A DNA stretch of 64,000 nucleotides, from the NCBI GenBank assembly GCA_043228905.1, contig JBHGNT010000005.1:16678001-16742000 (forward strand). Direction: 5' to 3'. This stretch comes from Azolla caroliniana. Its lineage: Eukaryota; Plantae; Polypodiophyta. Position 1 is the stretch's first letter, and the number at the start of each line of letters is the position of its first letter. Positions 1 to 14,000 of this stretch are shown in pieces. The notes beneath the pieces were generated by a model, which had not been told where the DNA came from, did not search any database, and worked only from the letters and a program-made list of their open reading frames with translations. Position numbers and translations under genes: made by a program.

Positions 1-276
1 TTACCACTCATGATACAATACAGCTGATTGATTATATATTTTGATGATGCTATAATAGCTATAGATAGCTTGTTTGATGATCAAAATAGCTGTTTGTTGT
101 ATATTGGTGAACTACATATTCATATATGGCATGTCTGATTATATTTAATACAGCTGTTAATGTACTAGATACAATACAGTTTCTTAGGTTGGCTTGTTTG
201 ATGAAGAGTTCATTTATCTTTTTATGTTGATTGAGCATGGAATACTAAAGAAATTCATGTCCTTTCTTGTTTGCAG

Positions 277-3223
277 ATGAATTCAAATCAACTGTTGGTT
301 CCACAAATTTTCTTATTGAAGTAAGTATCTCTAGGTTATTATTGACTTGCTTTTCTTTCTTGTAGTAACTTTAATTCAGAGGCTTATGTTTGTTTCTTCC
401 GAACAAGAGAAACTGCATTTTTCATGCATGTAATTCTTAGCTAAAAGCTCACCCAAAGCCTGTAGATAAAATTTTAGCTTATTGTGTTGTGGTCATGATG
501 TCTCTTCTCAGGGACACATTGATTCATGGTTTTCGAACAATCTACAGACCAAGATAAAGCAGCAAGTTGATGAAGCTGTGGCAGAATCTATGAAGAAATT
601 TGAAGAAAGCATCAAGATTGATGTAGGGAATTTGAAGAAAGACATTGAGCTGGATTTAAAAGAAAAGATGGCTAAGGAAAATATTTGTGAGAGAGCAGCA
701 GCAGAGCTAAACCTAATGCTGGAGGGAAAACTCGAGAAGCAATTCTCACTTCTCATGGAGACTGCTTGTGCAGGAAAGGAGAAGGTTATCAGTGAAATGC
801 AGAGTGAACTCTCTGCTCTCCACAGAGAAGGTGAAGCAGTGAGAGCCAAAACACTAGGTCACATGGAAACGATGATGAATTTGGTTGAAGAAGTTAAATC
901 CAAATTAGATAAAGAGAGTATGAGGTGTAAAGATGATAAGGCTTTCAAAGAAGAGTTGGAAACCATAAGAAAAGATGGAATGAACTCCAGATGCATTCTT
1001 GATGGTCTGAAGAAAGAAACCGAGGCTCAAATGAGTGAGATAAGATTGGCAATTGATAAGATCAACACAGAAGGTGTGATGCAATGCAAGGATCAAATTG
1101 GAGGAATGCAAAGCTTTGAGAAATTGCTTTATAAAGAATACATGGATGTGAAGAAAGTGACAAAGAGCTTGGAAAAGTCATGGAAAGACAGTCATTCTGA
1201 TATAGAAAAAAATAGATTGAACATCGTGAAGATTGAAAAAGAGTTGAAAGACAGGATAGGTGATTTAGACCAACTATGGAAAGAGGCGCATTTTAATACT
1301 GAAAATGACTTGAAGAACAGGGTAGGGGACTTGCAAAAGTCATGCAAGCAAGATGAATATGATGTAGAATCATTGAAAGAATTCATTGCTGATGTTAAGA
1401 AAGGCAGAAGCATGTGGAATAGGGACTCAGAGCTGAAGCATGTGGTGCAAACCCTAGAGAAATCATTTAAGCAAGGCTTCTCTGATCTGGAGGCATTGAA
1501 AAAATTCAAGGATGATGTTGAGAAAGGGCGAAGAAGCTTCTTAAACAGTGAACTCACAACAAGACAAGGAACATTGATCATGGAGAGGGTAGAGAGCTTA
1601 TCTCAGCTTTACTTAGGCGGGCTAGATGAAGTAAGAACCCAAATCCAAGATCTCAAATCACAGGTTCAAGCTAGGTTTAATGAACTTGAAAGGCATGTTC
1701 AAGTTTCTAAACAGAAAAGAGAAGAGTCCATGCAGACAACTTCCGCTCAAAGCTTACAAACCAGAATTCTTGAGCTTCAGCAGGGCCATATATTCACACA
1801 ATCTTTGGAGGATAAGCTTGAAGATAACATTGAGAAAAAAAGTGGGAAATTGCAGGATGGTCTCAACATTGACAAAGACACATCCTCTGTACAGCTTGAG
1901 GTGATGAAAATGTGTGAGGATATCCATAGAGAGAAAGAAGCTGCTCTTGGAGCTGCAACTACAGCAAAGAAGAAGATAAACAAAGTTGTGCAAGAGTTTG
2001 AAAATGAATTAGAAAGACTTCACATTACTCAGTCGAAAGCAGAGAAGGAAACAGATTCAATCAGACTCCTCTCAGAGGAAAGGAGAAGGTTATCCTCCAA
2101 AGATTGTGTGAATATATTTTGATGATGCTATAATAGCTATAGATAGCTTGTTTGATGATCAAAATAGCTGTTTGTTGTATATTGGTGAACTACATATTCA
2201 TATATGGCATGTCTGATTATATTTAATACAGCTGTTAATGTACTAGATACAATACAGTTTCTTAGGTTGGCTTGTTTGATGAAGAGTTCATTTATCTTTT
2301 TATGTTGATTGAGCATGGAATACTAAAGAAATTCATGTCCTTTCTTGTTTGCAGATGAATTCAAATCAACTGTTGGTTCCACAAATTTTCTTATTGAAGT
2401 AAGTATCTCTAGGTTATTATTGACTTGCTTTTCTTTCTTGTAGTAACTTTAATTCAGAGGCTTATGTTTGTTTCTTCCGAACAAGAGAAACTGCATTTTT
2501 CATGCATGTAATTCTTAGCTAAAAGCTCACCCAAAGCCTGTAGATAAAATTTTAGCTTATTGTGTTGTGGTCATGATGTCTCTTCTCAGGGACACATTGA
2601 TTCATGGTTTTCGAACAATCTACAGACCAAGATAAAGCAGCAAGTTGATGAAGCTGTGGCAGAATCTATGAAGAAATTTGAAGAAAGCATCAAGATTGAT
2701 GTAGGGAATTTGAAGAAAGACATTGAGCTGGATTTAAAAGAAAAGATGGCTAAGGAAAATATTTGTGAGAGAGCAGCAGCAGAGCTAAACCTAATGCTGG
2801 AGGGAAAACTCGAGAAGCAATTCTCACTTCTCATGGAGACTGCTTGTGCAGGAAAGGAGAAGGTTATCAGTGAAATGCAGAGTGAACTCTCTGCTCTCCA
2901 CAGAGAAGGTGAAGCAGTGAGAGCCAAAACACTAGGTCACATGGAAACGATGATCCAACAAGAAAGCATACAATATGGCTAGTCGCAATGTCAATGTTCT
3001 AGATTCTGAAGACAGTTGGCCTGCATCTGAATCCATTTCAGTAAAGCTCAAACATAGAGATCAAGGTCTTTCCAAAGCGTGCGTTGGTTCCTCTGCAGCA
3101 AGCAATCCTGAAAGCAGTAACAACCACTCCAGCCCAGTCAAAAACTCCCAGAGGACAGATTTTCATATGGTTTCAGGGAGAATACATGTCAATGTAAGCC
3201 AGAGATCACGACTACTAACATAA
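277..3223 (+). CDS. Part of a multi-exon host gene for a long coiled-coil protein (exon 277-320; long exon from 512, interrupted at 2112-2954, resuming 2955-3223); 5' part lies before the window
   Basis: TTGCAG|277, 320|GTAAGT and CTCAG|512 give a consistent phase. The ORF 482-2122 is E/K/L-rich and heptad-like. ORF 2975-3223 is in the same frame as 482. Confidence 0.6.
2112..2954 (+). repeat. 843-bp apparently identical copy of positions 34-876
   Basis: Direct match at offset 2078 from ATATATTTTGATGATGC to ...GAAACGATGAT; the ORF track shows the duplicated peptides. Confidence 0.95.
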
Positions 3224-4390
3224 AAAAACATACACTACAATGACCATGCTTTGAGCATTGAAATCTAAACCAATGGTTCTTCTGGTCTATAACAGGAGGA
3301 ATAAGGGCAGCAGGTCAATGTTACAAACGTCCACCTTATAAAGGTGCATACAAATACCTCTAGGTATTGCTTCTTTTCAGCGATATCAACATTTGCTTCT
3401 GCCTAGCAAACATCCTTTGTTTTTTGCTTCAATGATGCTTACAAAAAGAATGGCATACATACAGGCCATTCAAGAAGAGAGCCAGGGGTCATTCTAGAAG
3501 AGAGCCCTGAGCTTGAAACTAATGCATAAGACTATTGGCGCTGGAAAATAAATGGGAAGACAAAACTAGTAAAAGCTTTGAGTACCTGAAATACGTTCAA
3601 CAAAGCTGAATAATAAACCTACACCAAGGTATAGACAAGTTCTTTCAAATTATTTCCTCCCAAATGCTTGTGCAGATTGAGTTGTTCATAAGCTGGTGTG
3701 GTGTCTTCTTTCTTCTTGTTAAGAGTAACTACCATTGATCTTAAAATGGGCTATCCACATTTACGAGCCAGATGTTTCATTTTAAGCTATTTTTTTCCAT
3801 AAGGAATGATTAACCAATGGTTTTTCCTTTTTCTGATCATCTATTGTAGATGCTCGTGATGGATCACACTCTGAGTGCCAGTTGGGTTTCCAACAGTTCA
3901 AGAATAAAGATGAACTTCATTATAAGTGGATATGGGATCCATTTTGTTGTAGATCTGATGTGAGATTCTAGCCACAATGCTGCAGGGATCCATCACCAAA
4001 AGCGCTGGTATTTCTACCACACTGTTATGGAATATTTCTTCTAAACTACAAGCTATGTACAAATTGTAAAAACTCAATTATTCTTCGAGGTTTATTTCCT
4101 TTTATATGTCTTATAAATTCGGAGAATTAATAAACCCCTTCAACGGAAGGTGTCTGAATGAAAATCTTTAACTGGCTGAAGGGCCAAGAATGAGATGTCT
4201 TTTTAATAGCTGTTCTTTGCCGTATGAGCATGTTTTCTTACATGTTCAATCAAATAAAAATGAAATTGTGTCTTCCTGTTTACAGCATTTACATTTTCCA
4301 AACAGAACATAAACCTTCCAAAAGATGCAGGCTAATTTTGAACTGAATCTAATATCAACGTACATCCACCTTCAGATTCCAAATGGTCAT

Positions 4391-5650
4391 CTACCCAAAG
4401 GATTTAAGGGTTACCCAAATGAGGAATTTACCTGTTTGGGTAGAGGAAGACTTGTTGCAATGTTCAATGGCTCCTCTGATGGAGTCCTCGACATCGATGT
4501 ATGAGGACCCAGCATTCAGACCTCGTTGAATCTGTGCTTCATCTCTTTTTCGATATCTGCTCGGGGATTTGAAGGAATGTTTTTTCTTGCTTGATGCTGT
4601 ACGGAACAAGGTCTGATCAAACATCAGTGGTATTTGCTTGATTTTATGAGAAGAACTTGAGAAAGATGAGGATGATGAAGAGGTTAGAGAGCATGCTCCA
4701 ATGGACGGCGTGGGATGATCCTCATCAACATTGTCTGCTTCAGGTGAAATGGAAAACAGAGGATTTCTTGGTATTTCATGATGCTTTTTGAGTGAAAACA
4801 AGGACTTAAGCCTTGCCACATACTTCATGAGCTGAGCTGAGCTTCCTTCCCGACTCATGACAAATTTAGAACGTCCTTCCCCATCATCTCTTAATCGTGC
4901 ACCACATTTTCTCTTGCGGAATGATGGAGATTCATAGAATGCGCTCGGATTTCCGGTATCATTGCATAGGCCTCCTTTCCTCCTTATGAGAAATCTATGG
5001 TGTCCTCCTCTCAGCTTCTCTCCATGATTGCTTAATCTGACACCACACTTTCTCTTGCATGATGGTGATGGTGATTTACCTGAACCCAGCTCAAACTTTG
5101 TGCCATTTGTAACATGTTTGGCATCTATAACCGTATTTCCCAACTCCTCTCCCTTAGTGATGAATGATTTGGAAGCACAAGCCTCTTGTACACAGACATG
5201 TTCTTGGGGGTGAGAACCATTGCAGTCCTCTGTAGAGATTAGGACATTAGGCCGTGCTTTGAACCTCTCCATACCTAGAGCCCATATATGATCCTTAGAA
5301 GGTGCATTATGGTCTACCGCATAACCCAACCCAACGGATCGAGCTTGCTCACTTCTTCCGAGGGCTCCCATTTTCGAACAATCGCTCATTTCTTCGGAGA
5401 AAGGTATGCTGAATTTAAACTCATGGATCTCCGGTAGATATGATGAATCCTTGGGTGGCCTTATCTGGTGGCGGTATTCCCATGCAGATGCCAAGGTTGG
5501 GCCTTCCAAGAAGAGATTCAGCTCATCCTGATCACAACTACATTGATAATGATGAGGGTGAGGATGGAACAACTGATTATTACAAGAGAAGATAAAGGAT
5601 TGTTTGAAGCATTGATTAGTATTCAAGTCCTTCACAAGGATGATTTCCAT
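4391..5650 (-). CDS. BKI1/MAKR (membrane-associated kinase regulator)-like protein
   Basis: C-terminal EDSIRGAIEHCNKS resembles the BKI1/MAKR tail (AIQ-AIAHCK-S). Also EFKF near the N-terminus, KYVARLKSLF resembling the KYLKxxKPLY motif, and basic and Ser-rich tracts. First ATG at 5650; a possible donor CAG|GTAAAT near 4431 may change the last residues. Confidence 0.65.
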   Translation of the reverse strand: MEIILVKDLNTNQCFKQSFIFSCNNQLFHPHPHHYQCSCDQDELNLFLEGPTLASAWEYRHQIRPPKDSSYLPEIHEFKFSIPFSEEMSDCSKMGALGRSEQARSVGLGYAVDHNAPSKDHIWALGMERFKARPNVLISTEDCNGSHPQEHVCVQEACASKSFITKGEELGNTVIDAKHVTNGTKFELGSGKSPSPSCKRKCGVRLSNHGEKLRGGHHRFLIRRKGGLCNDTGNPSAFYESPSFRKRKCGARLRDDGEGRSKFVMSREGSSAQLMKYVARLKSLFSLKKHHEIPRNPLFSISPEADNVDEDHPTPSIGACSLTSSSSSSFSSSSHKIKQIPLMFDQTLFRTASSKKKHSFKSPSRYRKRDEAQIQRGLNAGSSYIDVEDSIRGAIEHCNKSSSTQTGKFLIWVTLKSFG

Positions 5651-5702
5651 ATGATGTGCTCTGTCTCTGCTACAAGAAAACAAAATATGGTGAAGAAGCA
5701 AT

Positions 5703-7852
5703 GGAGGAAGTACGCGAGTTCCTCGGAATGTTGGTCCGCTAGCGTGCGATAGTCCTACGCTAGGTCCTCGCGTACTGCCGCAATGCTTTCCTCATTGAGT
5801 TTGTAGAACCCTCGGCCGTCTTTCCTTCGGTTCTCCCAGTCCGCCCCGTATGTATGCAATTCCGCTGCTTGTGCGGCCCATGCCATCTAGCCTTTGTCTA
5901 ACGTTGCTTTTAATTGCGCCGTAAACCTCTCCCGATTTGTTTGAAGAAGTATGCGCACGTTGTCGTATATTATTTGGCAACAGTTGCGTGCTTCTTCTAC
6001 GGTTTTCTTGAGGTTCTCGATTTCTTGTTTACTAGCCGCCACCGCTTCCTCATAAGTGCTCCTCATTCCTGCCCATAGTTGAGATTCCTTCGAATGTAAT
6101 TCTTCTAGCTTTCCCATTTCATTGTTCAGGTAGATTTCGAGCTGATGCCTCCTCTCATGTTCCCCTACTAACTGCTCGTCGAACCATGCTTTCTTCTTGT
6201 CTAATAACGCTCGGAATCCCGTAATCGCCGCTTCCGATTTTTTCGCTTCTTCCCATAGTTTGGCGTTTTCTTCTTTCGTGTGGGTGTGTTGTGTTGCCTC
6301 CGCTACGAGTTTCTCTTCAAGGGTCTTAATTGCCTTTCGGCCGTTGGCCCGGATGTCCTTTTCTCTGTCCGAGGACTGGCAAAGTTCGGAGTGGAGACGG
6401 TCCGCCAGTTGCACGACCCGTTTTGCTTTCGAGGCAATGGCGGTTTGGGCTTCAATTTCTTCTCTCAGGGCCTTGACAGTGTTGGCTGTTGGTTGAGCTA
6501 CCTGCTGCGTCGTAGTTGCGTTACGTTCCAACTCCGCGATGCGTGCGTTGGCCTTCTGTAGCTCGGCTTGGGTCAGTTTAACAGTCTTCCAGACATTTTT
6601 ATTTTTAATCGCCACATCCTTGGCGCCCATACTGACCTTCGCTAGTTCCCTATGAACTTCGACAAGGGCTGCGTTTAATGGGGGTAGTTCCATCCCCATT
6701 TGGCGTATACCGGCGTTCCGTTGTCTACCGACTATGGCCTAATGCTTCTCATAATTGCTTTCCGCTGTTTGTGTTAACGCACGCTCGATCATTTGGCACT
6801 CTGCGTGCTCCTCAGCCATTCGTTGTGAGACCTTTATTTGTTGTGTTACCAAAAATTCCATGAGTTCAAAAGTGGTTCCGAATTGTAATAGTGCGCCGAA
6901 CTCATGGGCCGTGTCCGGAATGTTCGGGTACGCTAGGACCTCGCTTTCCGCCGTAAATACGCCTTTCCCCCTCTGTGACTGGGCCGTAATGATCGACCGT
7001 GGTTCTCGGATTATTTCGAAGGTGGTGTTGGGCTCCGTAGCTACGGAGTTGTCGATCACGGTCGTTGTCTCTGTGGTCGCGAGTATGTCTTTAACTAACC
7101 CGCGCCCAGTCTTTTCTGTCCAAGCTCCGCCGTTTTGGCCTCGGGTTTCCTTGACTTGGGTCGGCTTCTGGCTCCTGCATGGCTTTCTCACTGCGCTCCA
7201 CCTGTTCTTCTTGTGTTGTTCACGTGTTTGTCTAGGCTAATTGGGGTTCATCTTCCCACTCTGTGGTGGCCAACTCCACTAACCTTCGCTTTGCGGATCG
7301 TGGTGGCGGCGTGGGTTTGCTGGGCTGCAGTGTCGACAGTCCTCAGGGTGGGAATAGTATTGTCAGATATTGTTGTATGATAGGCTTGAGCTTTTTGCCT
7401 CCTTGATATGCGTGCAGGCCTTCCCGTAACGCTGGTCCCGTAATGACCCCCCAATCGACTGTGCGCCCTTCAAAGGTATCAATGATGATACCCGCCTTCT
7501 GCTTGGGCATCCCATATGCATTATGTACGCATCCGACCTCCAACAGGAACTTGGCTATTTCGCGGAAAAAGGGGTCGGAGATTTCCTTCGTTTTGTATGC
7601 CTTGGCGGACGTTGAATATGGCCCAAAATATCTCTGCAAAGTTTCCACAGGAGGAATTTCGAAAGGCCTTTCTCCTAGTGATGACAGGTCAAGCTTTTTT
7701 CGGATGGATGTGTTAGTGACCGTGTCGATATTGAGCTTCCTAGCGATGTTCAGTGCGTCAGGGTGGGGAGGTGCCTTGGTGAATCTGATGTATCCATCCA
7801 AGTGTTTCTCCACGAGCCATCGACGCAAGGTGGCAGAAATAGGTATCGGCAT
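5703..7852 (-). pseudogene. Extra ORF of element A (conserved N-terminal domain plus coiled coil), with frameshifts and stops
   Basis: MPIPISATLRRWL...YFGPYSTSAKAYKT...MPKQKAGIIIDTFEGRTVDWG and C-terminal WAAQAAELHTYGADWENRRKDGRGFY align with the copies in B and F. Confidence 0.8.
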
Positions 7853-8199
7853 AGTCGGATGGTTAGGCTCGTGGCTAAGGGGTGAGGTCTTCTGGCTATG
7901 AAGAACTTGAGCTCTATGATAGGAAGGAGAAGAGGGTGAGGGAGGGGAGCGATGAGAGCAATGAGAATTAGAAGGTTGGTTTCTGTACTGTGCAGAAAAC
8001 CTTCTATTTCCTTCTTTTTGTGGCCTAGGGTTCATTGGTCGGTGAGCCATCGTGGTGCTGCGTGTTCTTGGCCTAGAAGTCTGTGCATGCCTTAAGTCCT
8101 TTTAATAGAGTCACTATCTTCTCTTTTTTTTTTTTTGTAACGGTTACATACAATATTCTTTTTACACTATAGTACAAATGGAGCCTCATACTTACTCCG

Positions 8200-10590
8200 C
8201 GGATTTCTCGGCTTTGTCCTGTCCGGCGGGCAACGGGTTAGGTGGCGCAGGTCCCAGATAAGGTTTAAGGTGAAATCTATTCACTTTTTGTTGTAACACT
8301 TCCCCGGCCAACGTGCCAAGTTGAAACGTACCCAGTTTTGTTCCCACTATCCAGTATGGGCCTGTCTAGCAGAATCTTAATTTTCTTGGCATATGCCCCA
8401 TGTGTGTTTGGAAAACTAATATCGCTTTCCCAACTGTCAAATCTTTTTCCTGCGCATGCTGGTGTCGGTCCATGAATGGTTTGCGCTGCCGCTGTTCCTG
8501 CACCAATATGGCCATGCTGCGTACCTGGTCGGTGCTAAATTACAAAGTCGAATTCTTGAAGCAGCAACATCCATCTAGCCAATTTCCTCGTCAGCGCCTG
8601 TTTCCCTACCAAATATAGCAATGCTGAATGATCCACGTGAAACATGAATTTCCGCCCTAGCAGATAATGCCAGAACTTATTGATGCTGTATATCATACCC
8701 AATGCTTCACGTTCCATTGTGGAATAGTTACGCTCAACCGTTGATAGTTTCCGACTAGCGTAGTACACTGATCGGTACCAATTCGGCTCCGTGAGTTGCA
8801 TTAACGCATTACCTATTGCTATGTTCGAGGCATCCACGAACGTGTGGAATGGTTTTGCCCAAATTGGTGGCTGTACGACGGGTGCTTGCGTTAGCATTAT
8901 CTTTAGCGCATCATACGCCTTCTCTTCCGTTGCTATCCATTTGAAAGGAGTACGATGAACGACGACATGTAATGGCATGGCGAAGTTCGCCAAATAGCGT
9001 ATCATCCGATTGTGCCATCATATTTGTCCTAGAAACCGGCTAAGTGCCTTCGCGTTTGTTGGTGTTGTCGGGTGAGTAATCGCGGAGATTTTGTTCGGAT
9101 CGACCACTATCCCTTCTTTACTGACTATGTGGTCGAGGAGAGCCCCGCTGGTAATGCTGAAGGCGCATTTGGCGGGATTCAGGCTTAAGTGCGCGGTTCG
9201 GCAACACTCCAGGCAAAGCTATAGATGCGAAAAATGGTCGGTTGTTGTCCCATATACCGCAAAATTGTCTAAAAAAACCTGCATGAAGGCCGGTATATAT
9301 TCCCCCAAAATTTCCGTGATTGTCCGTTGAAATGTAGCCGACGTCTTCGTCTTTAGCCCGAACATCATGACGAGTGTGACATAGACGCCCCAGTCCGTGA
9401 CAAACACCGTCTTCTCTTGGTCGTCGGGGTGCATGCGTACTTGATTGTACCCACTAAAGCCATCTAAAAAGTTGTACATGTCATGCCCTGTGACGATGTC
9501 CAATACGCTGTTAGTGAACGGTAAAGGGAATGCGTCGGTAATGGTTACGACGTTCAATTTCCGGTAGTCCACGCATACACGTATTTTGCCATTTTTCTTT
9601 GGGACGACTATTATTGGGCTTAACCATGTAGCTTGTTTGACTGGTCGAATGAATCCGGCCTTGAGGAGTTTGTCAATTTCTTCTTTTACGCAAGCCGTGT
9701 AGTTTGGGTTCATGCAGTATCCATGTTGCTGGACCGGTTTCGCATTGGTCGTTAAATTGATCTTATGTCGATAGAACATTGGATCCAACCCCTTCATGTC
9801 CTCGTGGGACCAGGCGAACACATCTTTATACTTCCTGAGTAGTGCTACCATCGCGTCTCTCTGATCTGGCAATAATTCTTTTGCGATGGAGAGGAATCGG
9901 GGTTTTGACGCCGTACCCACGTTTACTTCTTCTAGGGCTGAGGTAGTGACTCGTCGTGAAATTTCCATTTCCCTCTCGAATGCTGCCCGTGCTCTGCTTA
10001 GTTCTAATATTGACTCCGGGTCTGGTTTGTAAGCATTGTCGTGGAGCGCAGCGGGCGTGGCGTATTCCGACACGGCTTCTATGACGTCGATTTCGAATAA
10101 CGGAATGATCCGGGGGTGCTTGTCTAAGTATACTTCTAATTCCGTATCATCCACCCCAACCAACATATTTATGTCTTCCACGTATAATAGTGTGATGCCC
10201 TTGGGTTGTGCCGTCATTTCCTCTGTTAGTATGCGAACCTTGGTGTGTCTGCGTTGAAAGCTCATGCACTTATGTTGCCAGCTCTGTTTGATATTTGCTA
10301 AACGAAGCCACGGTCTGCCAAGCAACATAGGATACGCTCCTGGGGCGTTGAGGGCGAGGATCACCGTTGAGATGTCGAAGCGATGTCCTCCAACGATAAT
10401 GCCTAACTTGCGTATTAAGCCTAAAGGCCGTACGGAGCGGGTATCCGCCATGCGAAGCCAAAACGGGCAAGCTTCCCATTCTGAAATTCCCAATTGTTCG
10501 CATGTCTTCGCGCTAATTACATTGACGCTAGAGCCGCCGTCGATTACGCATCCTGTGATTTCTTGACCGTGTAATATCAACTTAATAGCC
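8200..10590 (-). pseudogene. pol of element A: protease, RT, RNase H and integrase C-terminal remnant (integrase core deleted)
   Basis: IDGGSSVNVIS; KKNGKIRVCVDYRKLN, FLDGFSGYNQ, FLDNF; VDAS...YYASRKL...EREAL...VDH; GPYWI...LKPYLGP follows RNase H almost directly. Confidence 0.9.
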
Positions 10591-11050
10591 GGATGGTTAT
10601 TTGGAATATATTTAATTAAGTAGATTAGATTATAATTATGTAGGGAACGGACGGGCCGGAATCGGTATGCCGATCCAGATCTGGACCGATTCCGAACAAG
10701 TGCCGGTTGACACCGTTTTGTATGCAACACCGGGGACCTATATAAAGGCCCGGTTACAATGTATAACTTTAACGGAGAATTAATATAAGCTTCTTGTTTT
10801 ATCTTCACGTATTGATTACCGTTCTGAATTAATTGTTATATCTTACGCGTGTATTAAGTGTATGCCTTATTTCTAAGTAGCTAATTAAGTCAAAGTAATC
10901 GTTGTGTCTTAAGTTATCTCGCCGTAACACCCTTTGGTGAAGTGTCTTCCGGAGACACCCTATGTTAGGCCATTGTCCGGCCCTAAGGAATAACACAGTT
11001 TTTGGCGACCACGATTCCTGCACAATCGTAGCGAACAACGGCGGGAATGG

Positions 11051-14000
11051 ATGACGCGACCAACGAACGACCCGGTTACAGAGCGAGCAAGGCGACATGC
11101 TGAACGGCTGAGGAAGCGAGAGGCTTTCCAGCAAGCGGCAAAAGAAATCAGAGCGGATCGCTCATTTTTGAAAGTGATCCGGAGAGTGGCCAAGGAATCA
11201 CTTCGGCTACCACAAAAAGCCTACCCGGACAAAGGAAGCAGCCTAAGCAGCCTCTGGGAAGCAGAATCCCTTCTCCAGGCATTGGCAGCGGGGGAAGGCG
11301 AATCCGAAGCATTTTCAGCATTTGAATCAGGTTCAGACGGGGAATACAACGCACAGACGAACTACCGCAGCAGTAACGGCACCCCAGGCGGACTAGAGGA
11401 CGAGGAGTCGGATACTTTGCCAACACCAGAACCCGAATCAACAAGGCTGGAAACTCCGGTACCAGAAGTCGACCACACTCCGACATCGGAAGTCGAGGAG
11501 GAGAAGCCTCCGACACCACAAGGGGAGCAGGAAAGACCTCCGACGGCGACAGAAGACCGGGGAAAACCTCCGTCACCACTAGAGGAGCGACCATCGACAC
11601 CACCAGCCCGTGTACCAACACCGGACGACAATATGCCGTTTCAATATCCCAGATACCGGGATGATCCGGACGCGGAAGCCCACGTTCATGTGTTTCAGCA
11701 GACCTGGGAAGCGAACCATGTGTCCCAACGCTTAAATGCAACCGAAGAGGAACGCTCAAAACGGGCAGAGTTCGGCATGACCTTGGAGGGACCGGCCGCT
11801 AGATGGCACTGAACACAGGATCCCAACACCATCCCCACGTTTGAAACATTAAAGAAAAAATTCTTGCATTTCTTCCACAAGGAGATGGACCAACGGGAAA
11901 TGGTCGGGTTATTTCATAGTATCCGGCCGGAACCAACGGAGAACATCCAACAGTTTGTCATCCGGTTCCAGCGGATATACAGTCAGCTCAGTCGGACACC
12001 ACCGGAGGAAGAAACAAAGGCCATATTCTTAGCAGCACTCCGGGAACCCTTACGGACGGTGTGCACCATCATCGATTTCCGCACCAACAACATAGATCAA
12101 GTGATTGACCGAGTTCGGGAAATGGAAAACTCAAGTTCATGGCTAACCATGGGCGCACTGCAGTGTACGCTACCGATGGAAGAGGACCTCCGTTTCCAAC
12201 AAGCAGTTCAATGTACGGTATGCCTGAATGTCGGACATTTGGCGCTGGAATGCACCATGCGTTCCCAATGCTTGCTCTGCCACTCCAGAAGTCACACAAT
12301 GGAACGGTGTGAGTATAACTTGTTAAATCGACAAGCACCACCGGTCCGGCAAATTGAACCACGGAGCAACCGGGAGGAAGAAGAAGAACGTTGGCGGCGA
12401 GAGGAGCGCTACTGGCCGGCACAAGATGTCCGGTATAGTGACCGAAGAGACGCGTATGACCGGTATGATAGACAGGATAGATATCGAGACTATAATGGAC
12501 GGTATGAAAGATATAACCGGGATCACTCCCCTGGTTACAACCACCGATGAGACGACTATGGCAAGGATGACGACCAGCCCTGGCAAGGATACCAAACCAA
12601 AAAGAATTTCAATAAGAAACGTCATCTCAACAAAAAGGGGGGTCATCCACGAGAACCGGAAAAGGGTGCTCCGAGCAACCAACCCGACCAAAACCAAGCA
12701 CTTGCCCCTGGCCCGCCACCAAGCAAACACGCGGAATCCAGGAACGCCCGGAAGCCGTACTGCTATTATTGCCGGCAAGAGGGTCACTATAGTAATCAAT
12801 GTCCGGCGAAGAGCTACGACAAACGACCGGCAGTGAACATGGTAGACGCGGAAGTCGCAGACATACAACAGGTCACTACAAGATCAAAAGGCAAAGTCAC
12901 GGAGTGGGAAACTCAAGAAGCCATCCGGAAGCAGGCAACCGAATGGGTGAAGAAGGCAAATGAATGGAATGCGGCCGAGCTCGAACAACAAAAGGAGAAT
13001 GCCGAAGAGCTCACCGGCTTGGGGCAACCCAAAAACCCAAACATGGTAGGAGTTACAAGAATGCCAAATCACGTTGCCGTTAGGCCGACTATTGCAACTG
13101 GTACCATAGTTTACGGAAGGACTGAAGACCGGAAGGACGACAGCTGACACACCACCGGCTCCGACATTCTTTTCAAATCCGGAGGAAGGACCGACAGTGG
13201 TGGACACAAGCAGTCCAACAATCACATCCATCGTGAAGGGAAAAGAGTTACCCGACACGATTATCGATGGAGGATCTGGCGTGAACGTGATCAGCCTCCG
13301 AACGTGTAACACGCTAGGAATCCAGGACTGGGAACCGTGTCCGTTTTGGTTTCGGATGGCGGACACTAGCTCAGTACGGCCGACCGGATTATTACGCGAT
13401 CTGGAAGTGACCATCGGGGGTCACACATTTCGCATTTCCGCAGTTACAGTTCTCCAGCTACAAGCTTAGGGAGCTTACCCACTATTGTTGGGACGGCCCT
13501 GGTTAAAAACGGCACACATAAAACAAAACTGGAGGAAGAACATAATTATGTTCCGGCGTGGAAAAGCGAAAGTACGAGTACCGACTCAACCATGATCCGG
13601 TACCGGCAAGGAATCAACACCACTATATGCGGAATGTGTTAACATGCTGGAAGGATTGGCGGACGAAGAGGTCGATCAATACTTACAAGAAAATCCGAAA
13701 ATCGTACCTCTGTTCGAGATTGATGTAGTCGAAGTAGTATCACTGTACGTACTGCCATCGGATGGGACCGTCGAGGAACCGGATAAAGAGGGAATCCGGG
13801 AATTACGGCAAGCACAGGAGGCACTGGAAAAAGAAATGGCAGTATCCGAGCGCGTGAAAGCATCCCAACTAGAAGAGGTAAACCTAGGTACCATAGAGGA
13901 CACAAGGCAGGTGCACATCGCCAAGGAAATGACTTCGGAGAACAAAACGGAAATGATCACACTCCTAAAAGAGTTTCACGATGTGTTTGCCTGGTCCTAT

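Noticed and set aside
10588-10592. GCCGG/GTCGG as the TSD of element B
   Set aside because: The LTR start and a block of host sequence are missing at this junction, so the true left TSD was deleted and the similarity is probably chance.
10591-10808. N-terminal extension of ORF 9219-10808 (MKIKQEAY...)
   Set aside because: It is antisense read-through into B's LTR; the same peptide recurs at the other LTR (17989-18246).
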